NCBI RefSeq assembly: GCF_003231495.1
Contig: NZ_PQWO01000002.1
Coordinates: 1 to 32,000 of the forward strand
Length of the DNA: 32,000 nucleotides
Direction: 5' to 3'
DNA from: Acaryochloris thomasi RCC1774
Lineage (GTDB): Bacteria > Cyanobacteriota > Cyanobacteriia > Thermosynechococcales > Thermosynechococcaceae
The notes under the pieces are model-generated. The model was not told the DNA's origin. It did no database searches and worked only from the letters and a program-made list of their open reading frames with translations. The translations under genes were made by a program, and so were the position numbers. Below are positions 24,764 through 32,000 of the stretch, piece by piece; the stretch's first letter is position 1, and every line of letters starts with the position of its first letter.

Positions 24764-27166
24764 TTAAACCACTACGAAATCAGTCGTATCAATAGCACCC
24801 GTCTGTACACCTTCTAAAAGCACAGTGTTGTTGGGCGAGAAGGTCAACAAGGTATCGCTCCCAATTTGCTGAGCGCCATCAATGACAGCCTGGAGGTCAG
24901 CCGTCCCAAAGTTGAAGGCACCGATGTCTAGCAGATCTGTCCCGTCTTGAAAGTCGGTGATCACATCTGCACCCAGCTCGATCGGTTCAAAGATAAACGT
25001 GTCTCGACCGCGTCCCCCCGTCAAGGTATCGTTATTCTCACCTCCGGCTAAAATGTCACCTCTGCGAGTCCCGGTAATGATGTCGTTACCCCCTAGACCC
25101 GAGATAGTGCCGTTGTCTGTTCCCCGTGAGGCGTCAAAGACATCATCAAAGTTACTAAGCAAAACATCGCCATTAAGAGCACCGCTGTTGTTGACAGTGA
25201 TGGCCGCATCCGCTTGACTAGCATCAATGGCATTGAGTCCACCTGAGATAACACCAGCGTTGTTGATGGTGCCTGTAATAGCTCCCGCGACGAGAATGCC
25301 ATTATCACGACCTGAGATGGTGCTACGCCGTTGGTTGTTGATGTCGCCGGCTAGTGTGACCCCTTCACGAATGTCGATACCGTCATCAGTTGCCAAAATG
25401 CGCCCTCGGTTATCGATATCTGACTCTAGGGTCACAGAACCATTCGGAACTTCAGTGAACAGCCGGATGCCATCGCCCTCAAGGTTTTCCTCGCCATTAC
25501 CGCGACCTTGAATGCGACCGCTATTGCGGAGAGAAGCCGTGACCACGTCACTATCAACATCACCCGTTTGTAGAGAGAGCCCTGCACCTTGATTGCCCAC
25601 ACCTGCATCAATCACCCCACGGCGGCTGTTGAAAATCGAGTAGTTGTCAGCCGTTCCATCCGCGTAGACGTTACCATTGCGTTGGTTACCTGTTCCCAGA
25701 ATTTGACCAGAGTTTGTCAAAGAGACCCCTGAACCGTCGATGTTAACCGCTCGGCTGCCACTTTGAATCGTGCCCGCATTAACTACTCTGGCTTCATGTT
25801 CAGCCTCTCCGAAATACAGGCCATTTTGGGCACCATCAATGAGGCCACCTCGGCCATTGATGAGCGTCCCCTGATAGGCTAGACCGTTAGAAAATCTGAC
25901 GCCAGCAGTCGGCCCCTGCAGACTTTCTGAAAGAATGCTGCCTCGGTTGAAGATATCACCGCGATAGATAGTGCCGCCGCCTTCAATACCCGAGAAAATT
26001 CGGAGTCCGTCTCCCGCAAGCCCGAGGTTGGCTGCTGCCTGACCACGTCCTTGAATGGTGCCAAAGTTCCTCACTGTCGCGTTAACGATATCCCCTGCAG
26101 CATCACCTGTTTGCAGCGCAATACCTGCTCCTTGATTGCCGTCGCCGGCATCAATCACACCGCGACGCGTGTTGAGGATGGAGTAGTTATCGGCTGTTGC
26201 ATCTGAGTAGACGGTGCCGTTTCGCTGATCGCCTGTCCCGAAAATGGTGCCAGAATTAATCAAGTTAACCCCTGTGCCATCAATATTGACGGCACGACTT
26301 CCAGATTCAATGCGACCTCGATTAATGATGTCTAAATCATGAGCAGCGTTGCCGATGTATAGACCGTTGCGAGGGCCAGAGATCAGGCCACGGCTATCAT
26401 TGACAATACGACCGTCGAAGGCAACACCATCTTCGACAACGAGTCCGCCCAAGAAGCCCACGTTTGCCTCTGAGGTAATTGTCCCCCGGTTGACCACTGA
26501 GCCGGATACCGATGCTTCCGGTTGGTCTGAGCCGTTGAAAAAGCGTAGACCGCTAGAGCCATTGGCCGCGACCCGAGCACCATCGGCAAAGACCTCAGGA
26601 CCATCACCCCGTCCTTGAAACAGGCCGCTATTAACGATGTTGATATCCTCATTGCTGGGGTCTCCGGCAGCACCAACCTGCACGGAGACAGCATCCCCTA
26701 AGTTACCTTCACCGGCATTAATGACACCGCGACGAGTATTGTTTAGTCTCAAATCATCAACGGTGCCGTCCACATAGAATGTACCGTTGCGTTGGTCGCC
26801 AGTGCCTAAGATAGTGCCGGAGTTTGTGGCTCTAATGCCATCGCCATCGCTGAGGTCAACGGCACGGCTATCAGATGAAATTGTGCCGGAATTTGTCAAT
26901 CTCAAATCATCACTCGTTGAACTGATGCCGTTGAGCGCACCGGAAATCGAGGCGCGGTTAGTAATGCGGGCATCCTCTCCACTCGATATGACGGCGGTAT
27001 TGTCGGCGTCGGGGGCAGAAATTGAACCTTGACCCAACACGCGTAGGGTCGCATCTTCACCCACGATGTTGACGGCAGGTTCTCCAACGGGAGCGATAAC
27101 AGCCTCCTGGATTGTGACTCTCTGATTGTCGTTGAGAACAATAGTTTCATTAGGTTGGTTTGCCAT
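24764..27166 (-). CDS. RTX-type secreted beta-helix repeat protein (probable T1SS substrate, adhesin-like)
   Basis: 800 aa with no N-terminal signal peptide. About 21 rungs of a hxNxGxIxG motif are organised into three ~180-190-aa tandem modules starting at aa 100, 290 and 471 (SRAVDLSDGDG / SRAVNIDGTG / SRAVNIDGSG). GGxGxD nonapeptides lie at aa 689-722 (GLGGNDIITG, AGGENNDTLTGGRGRD; 25001-25102). The extreme C-terminus DTTDFVVV fits the acidic-then-hydrophobic T1SS tail. Confidence 0.85.
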   Translation of the reverse strand: MANQPNETIVLNDNQRVTIQEAVIAPVGEPAVNIVGEDATLRVLGQGSISAPDADNTAVISSGEDARITNRASISGALNGISSTSDDLRLTNSGTISSDSRAVDLSDGDGIRATNSGTILGTGDQRNGTFYVDGTVDDLRLNNTRRGVINAGEGNLGDAVSVQVGAAGDPSNEDINIVNSGLFQGRGDGPEVFADGARVAANGSSGLRFFNGSDQPEASVSGSVVNRGTITSEANVGFLGGLVVEDGVAFDGRIVNDSRGLISGPRNGLYIGNAAHDLDIINRGRIESGSRAVNIDGTGVNLINSGTIFGTGDQRNGTVYSDATADNYSILNTRRGVIDAGDGNQGAGIALQTGDAAGDIVNATVRNFGTIQGRGQAAANLGLAGDGLRIFSGIEGGGTIYRGDIFNRGSILSESLQGPTAGVRFSNGLAYQGTLINGRGGLIDGAQNGLYFGEAEHEARVVNAGTIQSGSRAVNIDGSGVSLTNSGQILGTGNQRNGNVYADGTADNYSIFNSRRGVIDAGVGNQGAGLSLQTGDVDSDVVTASLRNSGRIQGRGNGEENLEGDGIRLFTEVPNGSVTLESDIDNRGRILATDDGIDIREGVTLAGDINNQRRSTISGRDNGILVAGAITGTINNAGVISGGLNAIDASQADAAITVNNSGALNGDVLLSNFDDVFDASRGTDNGTISGLGGNDIITGTRRGDILAGGENNDTLTGGRGRDTFIFEPIELGADVITDFQDGTDLLDIGAFNFGTADLQAVIDGAQQIGSDTLLTFSPNNTVLLEGVQTGAIDTTDFVVV

Positions 27167-27684
27167 GATTCAGTCTCTTGGTTTATGAATTTGAGTAGAT
27201 TCGAATTTAGAAATTCGGTTTGGCGTTACTTTCTGACCAGCCTCAGTGCGAACAAAATATGAGGGCCGGAATCAGGGTATTTAGACAGATGCTTTCAGTT
27301 CCGAAGAACAGGTTTTGCATCTCGTTGGTTGAATCATACGCAGGGCCAACCTTAGAAATCTTGAGGCGTAGGACCCAAATCTTATCTGGGACTTTAGGCC
27401 CAAAACATCAAGGAGCAACGACTTTATACAAGTAAATAGAACAGGCAAAACACTGTACCCGTAGATATTCGGCTTGCTTGATAATTGGAGAATCTTGTAG
27501 CGAATGGTAGGAAAATATTGGGTTAGAGGGCTAACAACTTAGACTGCCTCGATGAACACGGTTTGTTCACAGCTCTTTCTAAGTCCTCTCTCATGTAAGC
27601 TAAGGGACTGCATCCTACTATTTTGAATAGAGAACAGAGTTCCTTCCTGTTCTTCTGCCGGAATATGGGAGCGGGAGCAAGATT

Positions 27685-28362
27685 ATGGCGAAATCTGAGA
27701 GTCCAGTTCGAGTTTTATTGGTGGATGATGAAGCAATTGTCCGCTATGGGCTTAAAGCTGTTGCTCGATGTACTGCGGAGATAGAGATCGTTGGGGAGGC
27801 TTGCGATGGTGAAGATGCGATCGCAAAAGCTAAATCACTTCAGCCTGACGTCGTTCTCATGGATATCAGTATGCCTTTGATGAATGGTGTTGCGGCAACT
27901 GGACACATTTGTCGAGCACTGCCAGGCGTGAAGATTATGATTCTAACGACACATGATGATGTTCAACATTTAACAGAGGCGATGCAGCAGGGCGCAGTGG
28001 GATACTTGCTCAAGAATACGCCGCCTGAAGATTTTGTCCAAAGTATCCAAAGTGCTTATAAAGGCTACATGCAGTTTGGCCCTGGTTTAGGTCAAAAGCT
28101 CCTGCAGCAACGCCAGCCCGTGACCCGTCAGACACAGCTTGATAAGCTAGTGGATGTAACGCCTCGAGAGCAGGATGTGTTGAAGCTAATTTGCGAGGGG
28201 GCGAGCAACCGAGAGATTGCTCAAGCACTTCACATCACTGAAAAGACAGTCAAAAATCATGTCAGCAGTATTTTGAGCCAGGTTGGTGTGAAGTCGCGGA
28301 CGCAGCTTGCGATTTGGGTTAATAACGGCGGCGCTCACTCTTCTCAGCTTTTATCTGTCTGA
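27685..28362 (+). CDS. NarL/FixJ-family response regulator (REC + LuxR HTH)
   Basis: REC domain (LLVDDEAIVR, VVLMDISMP, ILTTHDD) and a C-terminal LuxR-type HTH (LTPREQDVLKLICEGASNREIAQALHITEKTVKNHVSSIL). Confidence 0.9.
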   Translation: MAKSESPVRVLLVDDEAIVRYGLKAVARCTAEIEIVGEACDGEDAIAKAKSLQPDVVLMDISMPLMNGVAATGHICRALPGVKIMILTTHDDVQHLTEAMQQGAVGYLLKNTPPEDFVQSIQSAYKGYMQFGPGLGQKLLQQRQPVTRQTQLDKLVDVTPREQDVLKLICEGASNREIAQALHITEKTVKNHVSSILSQVGVKSRTQLAIWVNNGGAHSSQLLSV

Positions 28363-28417
28363 TGATCGTTGTGCTTGTGACCCGCTCCATATTAGGAAGC
28401 AACTTTAAACACCGATA

Positions 28418-30127
28418 ATGATTCGCTGGAAGCTAGGTGCTAAATTCAGTTTGTTTTTGGTCATCATTTTCTTGCTCGGTAGCTGTTTGACCGTTTTCAC
28501 ACTCTCGCAACAGCTCAATCAGCAGGCTGAAGACGTTGTTAAAGAAAGGGCAGAGCTACTGCTAACCGCGATGCAGGCGGCCCGTAACTACACTCAAAAC
28601 AACATTCAACCGATTCTTGAAAGCGATACAGAAAGAGAGAACGACTTTGTGCAGGAGAGTATCCCCAACTTTGCGGCTCGAACTATTTTCTCTGATTTTC
28701 GAGATCAGGACTCTAACTTTCAAAACTTTTCCTATAAAGAAGCAACGCCTAATCCAACTAATTTGGATGACCTTGCTGACTCGCTGGAAGTGGATCTCTT
28801 CAACCAATTGACTCAGCTAGCGCCAGAGTCCTCCGACGAAGTTTTATCTGGCTATCGAACACTAGAGGGGCAAAAGCTATTTTACTTGGCGCGGCCTCTG
28901 TTCATGAATGATGTTCGTTGCCTAGACTGTCACGGCGATCCTCGCGTAGCACCGAAGTCTTTACTGAAGATGTATGGCAGTCAAAATGGCTTTGGATGGA
29001 AGTTAAATGAAGTCGTGGCGACCCAACTTATTTATGTGCCTGCGGACAATATCTTCAGCCAAGGACGCCGGAATTTGTTGTCTGTTACAAAAACGCTAGC
29101 GGCCATTTTCGGAGCGCTCTTCTTGGTTATTAATCTGTTGTTATGGAAGACGGTAACGCAGCCTCTTGAGATTTTGACCAAGGTTGCCAAGCAGATTAGC
29201 AGTTGCTCTCTCAACCAACAGCCCAGTCACGATTCGCAAAATCTAGAAGCTTTGACGATGCGAAAAGATGAGCCTGGACAACTGGCGCGTGCTTTTCAAT
29301 ATATGGTGACTGTGCTGAGCCAGCGCGAGCAGGATCTCCAGCTGGCTGTTCAAGAACGCACGCTGTCGCTAGAAGAAGAAATGCATGAGCGTCAGACAGC
29401 GCAGGAGGCGCTACAAACCTATGCCCATGCTATAAACCATGACCTACGGAATTTGGCTATGGGTATTTCTAGTCTGGTTCAGGGGCTGCTGTCCTACTCG
29501 TTTACGGGGCGTTATTCAGAGGGCAAGCAGAATCGACTGGAGCCTTCTGTCATTGAGATAGAGCCGGAGGCATTGACGATGATCAAAAAAAGTTGCGATC
29601 GCCAGCTCAATCTGATGAATTCTCTGATGACAGCGGAGTCTTCAAATCTTTGGCAAACGGCCCTAAAACCTGAGTCCGTCAACCTTCGCCAGCTTGCAAA
29701 AGAACTGCAGGTCGCTTGTGATTATAGGCTCACAGACTCGGCATCGACTTTAAACAATCAGATTGCAGCTGATTTACCCAACATTTATGCAGACTCTCAC
29801 CAGTTGAGACGGGTCTTCGAGAACTTAATCGATAATGCACTCAAATATAATCCTGAGGGAATCACGATTTTGCTCCATGCTGTGGTTCAGAGTGATGCGA
29901 TGATTCGATGCACGGTCAAAGATAACGGCGTTGGCATCGATTCTCAGAGAAGTCAGATGCTCTTCGGAATGTATGCCCGTGGTCAGGGTGATTTTCAGGT
30001 CAAGGGATATGGCCTCGGTCTCTATATTTGCCGAAAGATCATAGAGGCCCACGGCGGAGCCATCGGTGTCGAAGCGCCTGTTGGCGGCGGAGCTGAATTT
30101 TGGTTCACGCTACCCTGTTGCCAATAA
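28418..30127 (+). CDS. Sensor histidine kinase with periplasmic DUF3365/Tll0287-like CXXCH haem-c domain
   Basis: TM1 (aa ~10-30), a periplasmic domain carrying CLDCH (aa 168-172; 28919-28933), TM2 (LAAIFGALFLVINLLLW), a HAMP-like linker and a coiled coil. H-box AHAINHDLRN. HATPase_c boxes N (DNALKYN), G1 (DNGVGI) and G2 (GYGLGL). Confidence 0.85.
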   Translation: MIRWKLGAKFSLFLVIIFLLGSCLTVFTLSQQLNQQAEDVVKERAELLLTAMQAARNYTQNNIQPILESDTERENDFVQESIPNFAARTIFSDFRDQDSNFQNFSYKEATPNPTNLDDLADSLEVDLFNQLTQLAPESSDEVLSGYRTLEGQKLFYLARPLFMNDVRCLDCHGDPRVAPKSLLKMYGSQNGFGWKLNEVVATQLIYVPADNIFSQGRRNLLSVTKTLAAIFGALFLVINLLLWKTVTQPLEILTKVAKQISSCSLNQQPSHDSQNLEALTMRKDEPGQLARAFQYMVTVLSQREQDLQLAVQERTLSLEEEMHERQTAQEALQTYAHAINHDLRNLAMGISSLVQGLLSYSFTGRYSEGKQNRLEPSVIEIEPEALTMIKKSCDRQLNLMNSLMTAESSNLWQTALKPESVNLRQLAKELQVACDYRLTDSASTLNNQIAADLPNIYADSHQLRRVFENLIDNALKYNPEGITILLHAVVQSDAMIRCTVKDNGVGIDSQRSQMLFGMYARGQGDFQVKGYGLGLYICRKIIEAHGGAIGVEAPVGGGAEFWFTLPCCQ

Positions 30128-30137
30128 TTTATCAGCG

Positions 30138-30683
30138 TCAGCTTTCCTGTAGTCCCGTCGGTAAACCATCGATACTTGTTTGATTTTTAGTCGTTCGATA
30201 CTCTTTTAATCCGTCTTCTCCCTTCTTCTCAGCCCACTGCAAAAGCTGATCCCGATGCCCGATGAAGTCATATTGAGGCACGCCGAAGCCGCAGGAGGTC
30301 TGAATGGATGCGATCGCAAGTGTAATAATTTGCCTCTGCCCAGGTAACGCCTCAAAATGCCGTAAATAATCAGGCCAGTCTAGATCGCCGACGTGAAGCA
30401 CCCGTCCTTGACCATAAAGTCTCAAAATGAGTGGCGAACCCGTAAAGCTACAGAACATCATCGTTAGCCGACCGTTCTGCTGCAGATGAGCGCTGGTTTC
30501 GTTGCCGCTGCCCGTTAGATCCAGATAGGCCACCTCACGCGAACTCAAGCATCGAAAGGTATCCATCCCCTTGGGAGATAAATTGGCGCGCCCTGATTCA
30601 GGTGCAGAAGCAGTGAAAAAAATCTGCTGCTTTCCAATAAATTCTATAAGCTGATCGGTGAGTTCAGAATAAAATTTAGCCAT
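30138..30683 (-). CDS. Pyridoxamine 5'-phosphate oxidase-family (FMN-binding split barrel) protein
   Basis: Starting at MAKFYSELTDQLIEFIGKQQIFFTASA..GRANLSPKG, a typical PNPOx-like N-terminus. The upstream extension to 30740 is unlikely to be translated. Confidence 0.7.
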   Translation of the reverse strand: MAKFYSELTDQLIEFIGKQQIFFTASAPESGRANLSPKGMDTFRCLSSREVAYLDLTGSGNETSAHLQQNGRLTMMFCSFTGSPLILRLYGQGRVLHVGDLDWPDYLRHFEALPGQRQIITLAIASIQTSCGFGVPQYDFIGHRDQLLQWAEKKGEDGLKEYRTTKNQTSIDGLPTGLQES

Positions 30684-30828
30684 TTTCAAGCAGTCCTTCT
30701 GATACCAAAACAATCCCGCTATGTCTAACTTAACTGACAAGAATTCCTAAGAGTTTGGAGTCCACCATGTTTGTTAATGTTCGATGATATTATCGGTAGC
30801 GTCCAAGCAACTACAGATATTTAAAACT

Positions 30829-31302
30829 ATGCTGAGACTCACAACATTCTTGACCATTGCCCTGTTAAGCATCCTGCCTCTCACCGGTTGCCAACAAGCT
30901 CAAGATGCTGCTGACCAAGCTCAAGATACGGCAGGTACCGCTGTTGATCAAGCCAAAGATGCTGCGACTGACGCAACAGATAAAGTTAAAGAAACGACAG
31001 ATGGTGCGGTTGACCAAGCTAAAGGGTTTGCCGGAATCAACGAGATGAAAGATGGTGTGACCGAAACGATTTCGTCAGTGCAGGCTGGAGATTTCCCTAA
31101 AGCTAAAGAAGACTTTGCCAAAGTCCAGGAGTCTTGGGGAAGCGTCAGTGAGACCATGAAGGATAATAAAAATTACTCCGCGATCAGCGAAGGAGTTACA
31201 AACGTCCAAGCTTCTTTAAGCGGCGACAACCCAGACTCCGGTGCAGTTGTGGGCCAGCTGCAGGGGCTGCTGAAAAATTTGGGTGAAGCTGCCAAAGGCT
31301 AA
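30829..31302 (+). CDS. Putative lipoprotein with Asp/Ala/Gln/Lys-rich helical repeats, unknown function
   Basis: MLRLTTFLTIALLSILPLTGC-QQ gives a signal peptide plus LTGC lipobox when started at ATG 30829. Repeated D(Q/A)A(K/Q)D..T(D/G) units follow. Confidence 0.6.
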   Translation: MLRLTTFLTIALLSILPLTGCQQAQDAADQAQDTAGTAVDQAKDAATDATDKVKETTDGAVDQAKGFAGINEMKDGVTETISSVQAGDFPKAKEDFAKVQESWGSVSETMKDNKNYSAISEGVTNVQASLSGDNPDSGAVVGQLQGLLKNLGEAAKG

Positions 31303-31348
31303 ATCTTGCTCCTTGCAAGTGTCACTTCTCAGCGCCCGACGTGAAGAC

Positions 31349-31378
31349 GCGGCCCACAGTTCTTATATTGTGAGCCGC
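31349..31378. terminator. Hairpin between convergent genes (possible bidirectional terminator)
   Basis: GCGGCCCACA (31349-31358) and TGTGAGCCGC (31369-31378) pair at 9 of 10 positions around a 10-nt loop. No clear U-tract. Confidence 0.3.
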
Positions 31379-31386
31379 CCTCAGTT

Positions 31387-32000
31387 CTAAGAGGCAAGAA
31401 CGGCTTCATTTGCTGCTGTGACAACGGGCTCGGCCACAGAGGAACACAGAATCTCACAGGAATTGTTGGGACTTTCTATGAGCTTAATGCGATGAAGTTG
31501 GGCACCTAACTGACGAATCGGTTCCTGTAGCAGGTGAGAGATATGCACGGCAATATTCTCGGCTGTGGGCACCACCGTTGCAAAGAACGGAATATCTTTG
31601 TTCAAAAAAGTATGGTCAAAAGGCTCAATCACAGCCTCATCTACGGCTTTTTCGAGAGCGACTAAGTCCACAATCATGCCGGTTTTCGGATCAATATCGC
31701 CAGTCACCGTAACTTCTAGGTGATAGTTGTGTCCGTGACCATTGGGTCGGGCGCACTTGCCATAGATTTCACAGTTCTCTTCGTAGCTTAAGTCCGGGAG
31801 CGCTAGCCGATGTGCTGCGCTGAAGTGAGTGCCCACGGTGAGAGTTGCTTCCATACCAGATCCTTCATAGGTAGCCCAAAGCTTGGGATGTTCAAAAAGT
31901 TGAATTTTAAGCAGCGGCAGATGTGGCGCTAATCGCTGCCAGATGACTTTCGCGATGTGTTCAGTGGCGGGTAAGGTCTGCTTAAACTCTGGCCAGACCT
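31387..32000 (-). CDS. QueD/PTPS-family (6-carboxy-/6-pyruvoyl-tetrahydropterin synthase) protein, apparently two fused domains, 5' end outside the window
   Basis: The C-terminal domain has HFSAAHRL, CARPNGHGHNY (Cys + HGH zinc/catalytic motif) and PTAENIAVHI. The reading frame stays open upstream of the tracked Met (31854) to the window edge. That upstream part encodes VWPEFKQTLPATEHIAKVIWQRLAPHLPLLKIQLFEHPKLWATYEGSG, which looks like the C-terminal end of a preceding QueD-like domain. Confidence 0.75.
   Translation of the reverse strand, partial: VWPEFKQTLPATEHIAKVIWQRLAPHLPLLKIQLFEHPKLWATYEGSGMEATLTVGTHFSAAHRLALPDLSYEENCEIYGKCARPNGHGHNYHLEVTVTGDIDPKTGMIVDLVALEKAVDEAVIEPFDHTFLNKDIPFFATVVPTAENIAVHISHLLQEPIRQLGAQLHRIKLIESPNNSCEILCSSVAEPVVTAANEAVLAS

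Larger units (their letters stand above)
406..30316. repeat. HIP1 (highly iterated palindrome GCGATCGC), 21 dispersed copies
   Basis: Copies found by eye, start positions: 406, 758, 2641, 3257, 3664, 4222, 4441, 8722, 9413, 10580, 11381, 14768, 17334, 18003, 18273, 19627, 22387, 22570, 27827, 29595, 30309. Many are extended to TTGCGATCGCAA. This is a hallmark of many cyanobacterial chromosomes. Confidence 0.9.

Noticed and set aside
25217-26869. Periodic DNA repetition that could be mistaken for a CRISPR or satellite array
   Set aside because: The period is about 540-570 bp, the copies are diverged, and they are in frame within one long ORF. These are coding module repeats, not short direct repeats with unique spacers.
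24957-27150. Many 60-100-aa ORFs on both strands inside the RTX gene (e.g. 24957-25217, 25227-25511, 26349-26618, 26383-26694, 26787-27032, 26902-27150)
   Set aside because: All lie inside or antisense to the 800-aa repeat gene. Their products are low-complexity Pro/Ser/Arg-rich strings, as expected from off-frame reading of Gly/Asn/Asp-rich repeats. There is no independent start context.
27220-27435. 71-aa TTG-initiated ORF in the RTX / response-regulator intergenic region
   Set aside because: It has a weak start codon, no RBS and a non-protein-like composition. The region is better treated as regulatory or UTR sequence.

Overview
This is a cyanobacterial chromosomal segment. Evidence: 21 copies of the HIP1 palindrome GCGATCGC, a cyanobacterial-type Hfq divergent from dapF, and ComFB and Uma2/DUF820 genes. 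It holds about 28 protein-coding genes and no rRNA, tRNA or CRISPR array that I could recognise. Well-supported housekeeping genes (nagA, purE, alr, dapF, hfq, cimA, an M23 peptidase, a QueD/PTPS-family gene) alternate with accessory patches. (1) At the left edge: a transposase 3' fragment, a frameshifted gene relic, and a divergently arranged NitT/TauT-type ABC permease and ATPase, followed by desaturase and EamA genes. (2) A TetR regulator and a three-gene unit (two tandem Coq4-family paralogues plus an internally duplicated STAS/SpoIIAA-like protein). Both promoters carry nearly the same 32-bp double-palindrome operator immediately after their -10 boxes. (3) A low-GC, HIP1-free island encoding an OafA-like AT3-SGNH acyltransferase. 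(4) A Uma2-family PD-(D/E)xK nuclease gene 90 bp upstream of an HTH-like/NB-ARC/TPR STAND NTPase, a candidate two-gene conflict (defence-like) module. (5) A 5-kb HIP1-free stretch with a CX5R phosphatase, an orphan 124-aa gene and an 800-aa RTX beta-helix repeat protein with a T1SS-type C-terminus. This stretch lies divergent from a NarL-type response regulator and a histidine kinase whose periplasmic domain carries a CXXCH haem-c motif (DUF3365/Tll0287-like). I rate the TetR-Coq4x2-STASx2 unit and the Uma2+STAND pair as the best candidates for an undescribed system. All functional calls rest on motif recognition by eye; no database search was run.
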